Assembly: GCA_902776765.1 (NCBI GenBank)
Contig: CACYRP010000001.1
Span: 25,144 to 89,143 of the forward strand
Direction: 5' to 3'
Length of the DNA: 64,000 bases
Source: Fibrobacter succinogenes
GTDB taxonomy: Bacteria; Fibrobacterota; Fibrobacteria; Fibrobacterales; Fibrobacteraceae
The position numbers were made by a program, and so were the translations under genes. The notes below the pieces were generated by a model that searched no databases, had not been told where the DNA came from, and was given only the letters and a program-made list of their open reading frames with translations. Positions 1 to 8,277 of the stretch are shown here, piece by piece. How positions within the stretch are numbered: position 1 is the stretch's first letter; each line of letters starts with the position of its first letter.

Positions 1-27
1 CGCACCGAAGGTGCCAAATTTCGCCCC

Positions 28-47
28 AAAGGCTTGTGAAACAAGCC
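28..47 (-). terminator. possible intrinsic terminator after lnt
   Basis: Stem GGCTTGT/ACAAGCC with a 3-nt loop about 35 nt past the lnt stop. On the minus strand it is followed only by TTTG, so the T-tract is weak. Confidence 0.3.
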
Positions 48-81
48 GACCTCATAGCTCAAAGCGATGCGTGCCCATAGC

Positions 82-2025
82 TCAAGCGAAGCGACCCAGT
101 AACCTCTTTTCCAGCTTTGCTACTGCGAACAGCGCTATAAGATAAATCGCAAAGAACCATAGCAGTGATTTTTCGAAAGCGTCACCGATAGATGTATAGA
201 ATGTGCTCCTTGTCTTGAGGGGCATTTTTCGTTGTATGACGCGTGTTTCAAAAATCTTGGTGTTTTGGTCGTAGTGCCCGTACTGGTCGATGAATGCGGA
301 AACGCCACTGTTGGCAAGGCGCGCGACTGGATAACCATAAGAAATGGCGAGGTGGCGCACGATGTTCAAGTGCTGGAACGGTGCCGTGCTCCGTCCGAAC
401 CAACCATCGTTCGTGATGTTCACCATCAGGCGTGAACCTGCGTTGATTGCTTCGCGGACGAGGTCTCCAAAAATGGCATCGTAGCAAATGTAGGGAGTCC
501 AATTGTAAGGGCCGTAAACGGGAGTTTCTTTTCCAGGAACAAAGTCTCCTTCGCCAAGATCCACGTAGTTCAGAATCGGGAACACATCATCGAAGGGAAT
601 GCGTTCGCTAAATGGAACGAGGTGTTTTTTGATGTAGCGCTGTGGGAAGGAGTTATTGCCTGGTGTAAAGAGGAACGAAGCGTTGTAGATGTCGAAGCGG
701 CGCGGATTGTTTTTGTCTAAGGAAACCTGCTTATAGTCCAGTGCACCGGTCAGAATGCTTGCGTTTCTCATGTCTGCCATCTGGTGCAATCGTCTGATAA
801 CTTCGTGCTGTCTACGGATGTGATCGGGAACGGCGGTCTCGGCAAGGAGAATGAGGTCTATGTCGGGGGTTGTGCTGTCCATTGCCATTTTGAATGTTTT
901 GTTGACTATGGAATCAAAGCGCTCCTTGCTCCATTTGGCGCCTTGGGCAATGCTGGGTTGCACCATTGCTATGGCCGGATTCTCTTGTGCTTGGGCGTTA
1001 TAGAACGGGGCTGTCTCCGGTGCTGAAAGAACGCAGCTTCCGTGAATCAAGAGGGCTGCGAAAATTATAATCGGAGCTGCAAAGAGAGCGATTTTTTTGC
1101 GGCTCTTTAGCAAGAAGGCGTAAGCGACAATTTGGTTTGAAGCGACAATGAGAATCGTGTAACCGAAAACGCCGATAATCGAAAGTGCTTGGAGTAATTC
1201 AATATGGTTTCCGAATGTGTAACCCAAGTGATTCCATGGGAAAGCGAAATCGCCGGTGGTGCGGTGTACTTCGATGGAGGCATAGAAAATGGGGAAGAGA
1301 ATGAGCAGGTAGGCCTTCCCTTTAATCTTTAAATTCTTGGCGGTCGAGTAAACGAATGAGGCGAGGACGTTGAACAAGCTAAGGTAGGCGATGAGGAGAA
1401 TGAGCCCGAGAAAAATGAGGCCGGAAGGTGCTGTTTCCACGTTCATCACATTGCGAATCCAATAGTAGTTCACGGTGTTGTAGATCATGCTTGCCCAGAA
1501 AGTCGCAAAGACTGCTGTTTCGCGATTGTATTTGTTCAAGACGATGAACCATGGCACAAGTAAAATAAGCATTGCGGGGCCGAGCGGAAGAGGCGGGAAT
1601 GCGAATGCGACAAAACCCCAGGAGAGCGTTGCAAGCGCGAGTGCTATGCGGGCTTCTTTTTGCCTGAATAGTTTGGCGTTCCAACGTGCGAAAAGCGAAA
1701 ACCAATAAAGCATCATCGGGATGAATGTCGCTACAATCTGGAAAAGACCGGCATGGCTACGCGTAAGGTAATCTATGGCGAGGAATGCAAAGACGATGAT
1801 GCCGTAAGTATTCATGTATCGCGAAAACGGACGGCGGACATTCTTCACGAATAAGAACGGGAGCGCAGCAACAATGGGCAACAACTGTGGAAGTTGTATG
1901 TAAAGACCCGGTGTTTCCGGTCGCACAAAGAACAGAACAAGTTCTATAGCCGCAAGTACAGAAGCGTAAATCTTATACGCTCGCGGAAGAGATTTAAGTT
2001 TGTTGAAAATTTCGTTTTTATTCAT
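82..2025 (-). CDS. lnt: apolipoprotein N-acyltransferase (Lnt) with extra N-terminal membrane segment
   Basis: 647 aa. Polytopic membrane N-half (AFAFPPLPLGP..). C-terminal CN-hydrolase domain (LILLAETAVP, YIKKHLVPFSERIP, ICYDAIF). An internal Met104/105 start would give a canonical length. Confidence 0.85.
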   Translation of the reverse strand: MNKNEIFNKLKSLPRAYKIYASVLAAIELVLFFVRPETPGLYIQLPQLLPIVAALPFLFVKNVRRPFSRYMNTYGIIVFAFLAIDYLTRSHAGLFQIVATFIPMMLYWFSLFARWNAKLFRQKEARIALALATLSWGFVAFAFPPLPLGPAMLILLVPWFIVLNKYNRETAVFATFWASMIYNTVNYYWIRNVMNVETAPSGLIFLGLILLIAYLSLFNVLASFVYSTAKNLKIKGKAYLLILFPIFYASIEVHRTTGDFAFPWNHLGYTFGNHIELLQALSIIGVFGYTILIVASNQIVAYAFLLKSRKKIALFAAPIIIFAALLIHGSCVLSAPETAPFYNAQAQENPAIAMVQPSIAQGAKWSKERFDSIVNKTFKMAMDSTTPDIDLILLAETAVPDHIRRQHEVIRRLHQMADMRNASILTGALDYKQVSLDKNNPRRFDIYNASFLFTPGNNSFPQRYIKKHLVPFSERIPFDDVFPILNYVDLGEGDFVPGKETPVYGPYNWTPYICYDAIFGDLVREAINAGSRLMVNITNDGWFGRSTAPFQHLNIVRHLAISYGYPVARLANSGVSAFIDQYGHYDQNTKIFETRVIQRKMPLKTRSTFYTSIGDAFEKSLLWFFAIYLIALFAVAKLEKRLLGRFA

Positions 2026-2151
2026 TGTTCAATAGTCTTTGGTGCTTTTGTCTTTTTTAGCTATGGGGTCGGCGCTTTGCTTTGATGTTGTCAGGTCTCG
2101 GATTGTGAGTATCTTTTCCTAATCCTTAAAACCTACAACCTATAACCTATC

Positions 2152-2838
2152 TCACAGTCCGCTTTTATCTTTTGGATTGAACACAAGCACGAATTCGCCT
2201 TTGGGCGGGTGCACCTTGAAGTGCGCCGAAATTTCCGTGGGCGTTCCGATGAGGTGCTCCTCGAACTTCTTGGTGAGCTCGCGCATGAGCGCTATCTTGA
2301 TGTCGCCAAAGACTTGCTTGATTTCTTCGACGAACTTGTCGATGTTGTGCGGGCTTGCGTAGAAAATCTGCGTCGCTTCTTCGTCTTTCAGTTTTTCGAG
2401 CAAGTGGATGCGTTGGGCACTCTTCTTGGGCGAAAAATACTGGAATGTAAAATGGTCCGTCGGCATGCCGCACGAAACGAGTGCGGTAATCATGGCGCAA
2501 GGGCCTGGGATGGCGCGCACGTCAATGCCTTCGCGCACGCATTCGCGGACGAGATTGAATGCCGGGTCTGCAACGCCGGGCGTTCCTGCGTCGCTTACAA
2601 GCGCTATGTCGCCTGTGTTCTTCAAGTATTCGATGTACTTCGGCGTGACTTTTTCTTTGTTGAAGTCATGGTAGGCTTCCATGGGAGTCGTGATGCCGTA
2701 ATTGTCAAAGAGAATTCTCGAATGGCGAGTGTCTTCGGCAAGGACGAGAGGAACTTCCTTGAGGATCCGCACGGCGCGGTAGGTGATGTCTTCCATGTTC
2801 CCGATGGGAGTCGCTACGATATATAAAGTATAGGCCAT
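2152..2838 (-). CDS. rsmI: 16S rRNA (cytidine1402-2'-O)-methyltransferase RsmI
   Basis: MAYTLYIVATPIGNMEDITYRAVRILKEVPLVLAEDTRHS is the typical RsmI N-terminus. I start at Met34 of the track ORF because the upstream 33 codons lie in a repeat element. Confidence 0.9.
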   Translation of the reverse strand: MAYTLYIVATPIGNMEDITYRAVRILKEVPLVLAEDTRHSRILFDNYGITTPMEAYHDFNKEKVTPKYIEYLKNTGDIALVSDAGTPGVADPAFNLVRECVREGIDVRAIPGPCAMITALVSCGMPTDHFTFQYFSPKKSAQRIHLLEKLKDEEATQIFYASPHNIDKFVEEIKQVFGDIKIALMRELTKKFEEHLIGTPTEISAHFKVHPPKGEFVLVFNPKDKSGL

Positions 2839-2860
2839 GTGGTAAAGATAGATTTTAGAC

Positions 2861-2950
2861 GACAACTGCGTAGGGCGAATATCGCGCCAAAAACATGTTT
2901 TTGGCATGATTGAGCCCAGTAGTTGGGACTTGAGCAAAGCGAAAGTCCAA
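2861..2950. repeat. family D intergenic element, copy 1
   Basis: GCGAATATCGC-[palindrome CCAAAAACATGTTTTTGG]-GGCATGATTGAGCCCAG..TTGGGACTTG..TCCAAAG. A second copy at about 38741-38820 has a different central palindrome. Confidence 0.7.
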
Positions 2951-2959
2951 AGATAGTAA

Positions 2960-3060
2960 ATGAAAGTGGTTGGTGGTTAGTGATTAGTGGTTAGTAGGAT
3001 GTAGTCAGTAGGAAGTTTTAATGATCGCGGCCTTGCCGCCTAACTATTCCTGCCCACTGC
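2960..3060. repeat. low-complexity heptamer-type array plus GC core (family B, partial)
   Basis: GGTTGGTGGTTAGTGATTAGTGGTTAGTAGG.. followed by the core ATCGCGGCCTTGCCGCC. This resembles the cores at 21449 and 9946. Confidence 0.6.
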
Positions 3061-3063
3061 AAC

Positions 3064-3113
3064 TTCTCTTTTGTCTTTCGTCTGTAGGACCGTAGGTCCG
3101 TTCTTTCGTCTCA
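3064..3113 (-). repeat. family C 3'-flank element (GACGARAGA - hairpin - TACAGACGARAGA)
   Basis: Minus-strand reading: TGA-GACGAAAGAAC-GGACCTACGGTCC-TACAGACGAAAGA. It abuts the stop of the 3111..3683 gene. Related copies at 24384-24432 and 40191-40250. Confidence 0.65.
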
Positions 3114-3683
3114 CTCCGCCCAATCGCTTGCGCTGTTCAGATCGGTGAGTCTGTTCGAGTTGAGTTCGAATGTCAACCGTTGCACGAGCTTGCGGTGCAT
3201 TTCGTTTGAAGCTTTGTTCACGAGGTCGGTGCGTAACCGTCCATATAATATAGCGTTGATGTCTTGCTGTTCTATGAATTCTACATGGCGAACGAGAGTG
3301 CCGTTGCAAAACACACGTGCCGAAAGCGCATAAGTCCAGGATTCGTTGACGGGAAGAACCGGCCAGAATGGAATTAGCACTCCGAGATACCATGCGGACG
3401 TTGGCTTGTTTTGTAGGACTGTCGCCTTGATAGTTGCTTCGCCTCGGCAGGCCTCTCGTGGGAATTCTGTTTCGCTCACCGCTTTGGTGTAAGCGCGTAA
3501 CAGGTCTTGCGAAAGCTCCAAAGAATCGTTCCCGTACAAAAAGGGAATGTTCCCGAAAAAGCTGAACTTTTCGTCGGTTAGGGGGATTCCTTCGAGGTCG
3601 CCTTGCGTGAGTTTCATGGAACATCCAGAAAGAATGGCCGAAAAAACGAGCGCAAAACTCAAAAATTTAACGATGGAGCGCAT
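3111..3683 (-). CDS. hypothetical lipoprotein
   Basis: 190 aa. Signal peptide plus lipobox MRSIVKFLSFALVFSAILSGC. I recognise no family. Confidence 0.6.
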   Translation of the reverse strand: MRSIVKFLSFALVFSAILSGCSMKLTQGDLEGIPLTDEKFSFFGNIPFLYGNDSLELSQDLLRAYTKAVSETEFPREACRGEATIKATVLQNKPTSAWYLGVLIPFWPVLPVNESWTYALSARVFCNGTLVRHVEFIEQQDINAILYGRLRTDLVNKASNEMHRKLVQRLTFELNSNRLTDLNSASDWAE

Positions 3684-3735
3684 GACCTAAAGATATAAAA
3701 AAACGAACGCCATCGAATTTATTAAGATTGTTAGT

Positions 3736-4455
3736 ATGGATTTGCCTGCTTATTTTATTAGTGACGCCCATTTGGGTATTGAACCTCCCGGAGCAGTTCC
3801 CAATAGGGAACAAAAATTAATAGAACTCCTTTCTTCGTGGAAAGGCAAGGCTAGCCATGTTGTCGTGATTGGCGACCTATTTGAATTCTGGTATGAGTAT
3901 AATTATTATATAGCGTCGGCGCATTTCGATTTGTACCGCGCCTTTGCCGAGCTTGTGGAGTCTGGTGTCGAGGTTCATCTTTTGCAAGGCAACCATGATT
4001 TTGCCTATGGCGATTTTTTCCCGAAGAAACTTGGCGTACAGGTTCACAAATCCGTAATCCTTGAAATTCAAGGCAAACGTATTTTTGTGACTCACGGCGA
4101 TGGCGTTCCCAAGTCCGATTGCGGTTACCGTTTTTTACGCAAAGTGCTGGATTTTCCGCTCAACCGGTTCCTCTTTAAGCAAATACATCCAGATTGGGGG
4201 ATGGGACTTGCTCGTTTTGTAGGGCGTAACAGTCGTAAGTACGGCGAAAACCGTGCGATTAAGCTAGAGGAATATTTGGAATGGGGCGACCGCATGTTGA
4301 AGAAGGAACACTGTGATTTCTGCATTCACGGTCATCACCATATTTCGGGTATTTGGAAAACGCCGAATGGCGTGGTAGCGTCTCCAGGGGAGTTTATAAA
4401 AAAGCCCACCATCCTCAGCTTGGAGAATGGCGGGTTGAAATTGGTTTCGCTTTAA
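3736..4455 (+). CDS. lpxH: UDP-2,3-diacylglucosamine diphosphatase LpxH
   Basis: Calcineurin-like metallophosphoesterase motifs in LpxH order: FISDAHLG, GDLFEFW, GNHDF, THGDG. Length of 239 aa fits. Confidence 0.85.
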   Translation: MDLPAYFISDAHLGIEPPGAVPNREQKLIELLSSWKGKASHVVVIGDLFEFWYEYNYYIASAHFDLYRAFAELVESGVEVHLLQGNHDFAYGDFFPKKLGVQVHKSVILEIQGKRIFVTHGDGVPKSDCGYRFLRKVLDFPLNRFLFKQIHPDWGMGLARFVGRNSRKYGENRAIKLEEYLEWGDRMLKKEHCDFCIHGHHHISGIWKTPNGVVASPGEFIKKPTILSLENGGLKLVSL

Positions 4456-4470
4456 GCGGAGCTATGTAAA

Positions 4471-4902
4471 TTATTCAGTAATATCGCTTGCACGACTTTC
4501 GGTGGATTGAATCATCTTTTTCTTAGATTCAGAACCCCAAAGTTTAGCGATAATGTCTGTGCCTGCAAATGATTGCCAATATTCTTCTACCCAGCACCAA
4601 TGGTGGACTTCGCCTTTTTCATCGGTGATTGTCCAATTATGCTTTGCCGAGAAGCTCATTGTCTGAACTTGCGGGGTAAAGTAAGGATCGGACGTTTTTT
4701 CCGGTTCAATGGTGATTGTCCAAACTTTGTCGGCTGTACGCTTGTAAATAGCGATATTGAATACCAACAGAATTGCAAGGAAAATCAGGCTCCACTTAAA
4801 GTTTTTCTTCGTCAGCAGATATATTACTAGTAGAACTAATAATATACTGACTGCTGCGAAGTTGTAGTGAGTCGGATAAAATACTTTGAATACATCAATC
4901 AT
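4471..4902 (-). CDS. hypothetical membrane protein
   Basis: 143 aa. Two predicted N-terminal TM helices (AAVSILLVLLVIYLL, SLIFLAILLVFNIAI) and a Trp-rich soluble tail. Confidence 0.5.
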   Translation of the reverse strand: MIDVFKVFYPTHYNFAAVSILLVLLVIYLLTKKNFKWSLIFLAILLVFNIAIYKRTADKVWTITIEPEKTSDPYFTPQVQTMSFSAKHNWTITDEKGEVHHWCWVEEYWQSFAGTDIIAKLWGSESKKKMIQSTESRASDITE

Positions 4903-4929
4903 TTTATCTGTCCTCTAGCAGTTTGAAGA

Positions 4930-5667
4930 TTACTTCTTCTTGGCGGCCTTCTGCTGTGCAACGAGAGCTGCGACACTGAACGTAAGAACATTCTTGTCGA
5001 CTTGGCTTTCGGTACGGAAGCTCTTGAGCGGGAGAGCTATGCCGTGAGAAGAAAGTGTGCCCATGAAGGAGGCGTTAGCATGGCTAGCAATGGTACGGAC
5101 GTTGATGAATCCCTTGTTCTTGCTGAAGGTCAGCTTGAAGGTCTTCTTGGACGCATCGTATTCGGCAACCATGGTCTTGTTTTCCTTGGTATTCAGAGCA
5201 TTCTTGGTGTTGTGGTCAAAAATGATGGTACCACGGGTATCGATGGAGAGCATGGTCTTGTTGCCCACGGCGTTACGGCATGCGAGAGTCGTCCATTCGC
5301 CCTTCTTCTTTGCGCCCTTAGCGGTGAAGACATACTTGTTGCCTTCCTTGACGAGCGTGTAGGCGCCAGTTGCGACCGGAAGACCGATGGCATTGAATGC
5401 GCCCTTGAAATAAAGGAATTTGGACTTGGAGCCGATGATTCCGTTAATGAAGCGGAATGAAGTGGACTTCGGGGTCTTAATAGGCGTGATAGCCACGCGC
5501 TTGCCAACCGGGTCGACTTCGACGTCTACGTAAGGACCCACATCGACGGTGCGGCCATCATCAGTCTTTGTCTGAGTGGCAAGCTTGTCGAGCTTGAGTG
5601 CCTTGACGGCTTCTTCCGGGAATCTGATGAAGCCACGGACATCCATTTTTACGATTACGTTTTCCAT
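4930..5667 (-). CDS. hypothetical Lys-rich protein with internal duplication
   Basis: 245 aa, no signal peptide, C-terminal QQKAAKKK. The halves resemble each other (MDVRGFIRFPEEAVKALKLD vs SIDTRGTIIFDHNTKNALNTK). AT-rich upstream region. Confidence 0.6.
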   Translation of the reverse strand: MENVIVKMDVRGFIRFPEEAVKALKLDKLATQTKTDDGRTVDVGPYVDVEVDPVGKRVAITPIKTPKSTSFRFINGIIGSKSKFLYFKGAFNAIGLPVATGAYTLVKEGNKYVFTAKGAKKKGEWTTLACRNAVGNKTMLSIDTRGTIIFDHNTKNALNTKENKTMVAEYDASKKTFKLTFSKNKGFINVRTIASHANASFMGTLSSHGIALPLKSFRTESQVDKNVLTFSVAALVAQQKAAKKK

Positions 5668-5850
5668 TTACACCTCTTTTGTTTGTTTGATTGACGATAA
5701 AATAATAATTTATTGCCCAAATGTCAAAGATTTTCACAAAAAAAGCATGTACAAAGGATAAAAATAGCTTTTTCGTAACCAATAACATTTGTTGTATAAA
5801 AAATAATAATAAAAATGTAAAATGTTGCAACAAATGAAAAAATTTTTTCT

Positions 5851-6627
5851 TTATTTGCTGAATATCACGCTAGAAAGGCTTTCTGAAAGGGTTTTAGAGG
5901 CTCGATATGACTCTTTTACACCTTGAAATTGGCTTTTAACGGCTTGTGTGCGGTCTTTAAAGCGCGCTCTATCCGAGACAATTATTACGTTTTGCGTTCC
6001 TGAAATGTCATTTGCATTGATTTCTACGTTAGCTCGAACGAGAAATTTAGGGTAAAGAATACGGTATTTGTCAGAAATCGCAACGGCAATACTCAACACT
6101 GGATCGATTAGAAATGTTGTTTTGGCGTTTTTGGCGTGTCGAGAGGCTAAAATAGCGCCTACGCCGCGCCCTGCAACGATTTCGGGGGCTTTGCCGTTTA
6201 TTTGCGAGGCGCATTCATAGATCATTTGGGCATCGGGCTCGAATGTTTCTTGTGAGGGTGTTCCTTTATTGTTCCCGCTGCCGCGATAGTTGAATGTTAC
6301 GGTAGCGTAACCAGGGAGGCTGTCGAGTTCGGCGAGGAACTGGGCGGCATCTTCGTCGGCATCAGGATAATAGAGAAGAACGTTATCATGTTTGTTTCCG
6401 ATAACAAAACCTTCAAGAACGGTGTTGTCGTCGAGGGTGCAGGAGATGCTTTGAGCCTTGTCTGCAATGGCGGCGCGGGCTTCGTTGTGGGTGATTGCTC
6501 GCGGGAAGGCGTTCCTTCGTTCGGTTAAAGCAAGGTAAAACACCATACTAATATATATAATAAGGAGAATGCCTGTGAATCGCAGAATGCGACTCAATAT
6601 TCCGAGAGTAGCTTCTTTTATTTTCAT
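5851..6627 (-). CDS. membrane-anchored alpha/beta-hydrolase-fold protein, probably non-catalytic
   Basis: 258 aa. N-terminal TM, then NYRGSGNNKG and AGRGVGAILA where this fold normally has YRGxGxSxG and GxSxG. The nucleophile Ser and the HG motif are absent. Confidence 0.55.
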   Translation of the reverse strand: MKIKEATLGILSRILRFTGILLIIYISMVFYLALTERRNAFPRAITHNEARAAIADKAQSISCTLDDNTVLEGFVIGNKHDNVLLYYPDADEDAAQFLAELDSLPGYATVTFNYRGSGNNKGTPSQETFEPDAQMIYECASQINGKAPEIVAGRGVGAILASRHAKNAKTTFLIDPVLSIAVAISDKYRILYPKFLVRANVEINANDISGTQNVIIVSDRARFKDRTQAVKSQFQGVKESYRASKTLSESLSSVIFSK

Positions 6628-6654
6628 GAGGTGTTACTGGTTGTTGGTTGTAAT

Positions 6655-6985
6655 GAATTTAGTAAAAGTTACTAGATGGGAATTAGGAATTCTGAGTTAC
6701 TAGTTCTAAGTTACTAGTTACTAGGAGCTGGTCATCCTCCGTTAGGAGGATCCATACGCTTAGAAGTGTGGAATTGCTAGAGGGGAATCCATACATTGCG
6801 GGGTTATGTCGTGATGAGTTATGGGGAAAGTATGGATTCTTGCTGCGCGAGAATGACTGTAGCCTGTTGGCTAAGAAAGCTCAAATGTGTAGGGAGGTTC
6901 CGGCTTCCTTTGACTTGGCTCGGGACAGACTCTGGTCGGAATGATATTGCCGCTAGGTTCCGGCTCGGAGGCCAGAATGACGTTG
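6655..6985. repeat. mosaic of intergenic repeats (TTACTAG-type array plus family A units)
   Basis: GAGTTACTAGTTCTAAGTTACTAGTTACTAGG, GTCATCCTCCGTTAGGAGGATCCATA (6731-6756), inverted TATGGATTCTTGCTGCGCGAGAATGAC (6831-6857), and two AGGTTCCGGCT copies. Confidence 0.7.
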
Positions 6986-7236
6986 AAAAAAAAGAAACGC
7001 CTACAAGGCGAGAGTAAACGAGAAACGCACAAATGCGTAGGTTGAGAGTCGCGGCCAAGCTTGCGTGATTATACTTAAGTCAGCAATATTGATTAAAAAA
7101 CACAAACGCCTAAGGCGAGTGAAGCGGGACCGCTTGCGGGCCCATTTCCGAGCCGTCGCGTTTGGTATATGAGCCAAAGGCGAATATACAAAAGGACTCC
7201 CGGTGGAGTACAACCGGGAGTCCGAGGGATGGGATT

Positions 7237-7377
7237 GGGTGTTCCTTTAAATTACGCTATTTTTTTTGAAAGCGTATCACTTTAAAAATAAAAAGTGTTC
7301 CCAAGGTGTTCTTTTTTCGCAATCTATAAGGAACAGGGGGCGTTTAAGGTGTATTTCTAAAAAATAAGTGTTCCCAA
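7237..7377. promoter_or_regulatory. cluster of GTGTTCC/GGAACAC motifs upstream of the TIGR02147 gene
   Basis: AAGTGTTCCCAA occurs twice (7293-7304, 7366-7377). Variants GGTGTTCC (7238), GGTGTTC (7305), GGTGTAT (7348) and inverted GGAACA (7330). Function unknown. Confidence 0.35.
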
Positions 7378-7407
7378 AAAATTCAAAAAAAATTAGATTT
7401 TCTATTG

Positions 7408-8277
7408 ATGAACGTATACGCCTATTATAATTATCGAAAGTATCTCCAGGATTACTACGAGTACCGTAAGTCTGTCCAAAGGTATTTCTCGTACCGGTCT
7501 TTTGCTAAGAAGGCTGGGTATTCTTCGTCCGGTTTGTATCTGGATTTGATTCGTGGTCGAAAGTCGCTTACCCAACAAATGATTCCGAAGTTCATCGAAG
7601 CTCTCGGACTTAGCGAAAGGGAAGGCCGCTACTTTGCGTTGATGGTAGATTTCACGCATGCCACGACCGCGTCTTCGAAGCAGCAAATCTTTGACCAGAT
7701 GTCGGCTTTACTCCCGCGCACCATCAAGAACTTGACCAAGAACCAGCAAGAATATTACAGTAAGTGGTATTATGTTGTAGCGCGCGAAGCTCTTGCCGTA
7801 TTGAAGATTAACGACAAGAACGTTCAGGAACTAGCACTTTTCTTGAATCCGAAGATTTCTCTCCCGCAGGCTAAGCAAACTATTCAGCTTCTTCTTAATT
7901 TGGGACTTATAGAGCTCGGCGAAGATGGATTCTACCATTCCGTAAACAAGGCGATTACGAATGGCAGTGAAATTGCCCCGCTTTTCGTTCATCAGTTCCA
8001 AAAGCAGATGATTGATTTGGGAAAAGATGCTTTGGATCACTACAGCACCGAACGCAGAAATGTATCTTGTATGACGATGAGCGTCTCGGCGCAGGGATTG
8101 GAAAGAATCATCAGCAAGATTGATTTGTTCCGCAAGGAGATTGTGGATATTGTTCGCTCTGATGAGGGTGAATCTATGGTCTGCGAATTGAACATCCAGT
8201 TCTTCCCGCTGAGCAAGGAAAAGGTGGCTCTGCCTCCAGAAGCGGACGTAGAGGAGGGTGTTGATGAAATTGATTAA
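7408..8277 (+). CDS. TIGR02147 (Fsuc_second / DUF4423) family protein
   Basis: The N-terminus YRKYLQDYYEYRKSVQRYFSYRSFAKKAGYSSSGLYLDLIRGRKSLT matches my memory of this family's signature. ATG at codon 2 of the track ORF. Confidence 0.7.
   Translation: MNVYAYYNYRKYLQDYYEYRKSVQRYFSYRSFAKKAGYSSSGLYLDLIRGRKSLTQQMIPKFIEALGLSEREGRYFALMVDFTHATTASSKQQIFDQMSALLPRTIKNLTKNQQEYYSKWYYVVAREALAVLKINDKNVQELALFLNPKISLPQAKQTIQLLLNLGLIELGEDGFYHSVNKAITNGSEIAPLFVHQFQKQMIDLGKDALDHYSTERRNVSCMTMSVSAQGLERIISKIDLFRKEIVDIVRSDEGESMVCELNIQFFPLSKEKVALPPEADVEEGVDEID

Noticed and set aside
1-81. Possible start of a minus-strand gene (ATG at 55) at the window edge
   Set aside because: Only 18 codons are visible and they overlap the hairpin that looks like the lnt terminator. 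This is insufficient evidence.
2839-2937. 33-codon N-terminal extension of rsmI in the track ORF
   Set aside because: The extension is encoded by family D repeat DNA, and the conserved RsmI N-terminus starts at Met34.
6796-7213. Three 70-79-aa ORFs in the large spacer
   Set aside because: They read through family A/B repeat units and overlap each other on both strands. None has an RBS or a family resemblance.
6628-7404. RNase P RNA, tmRNA or SRP RNA in the long spacer
   Set aside because: I looked for GAGGAAAGUCCGGGC / ACAGAAxCCGGCUUA-type blocks, a tag-peptide ORF with a tRNA-like end, and the SRP GGAA/AGCA motifs. None was found on either strand.
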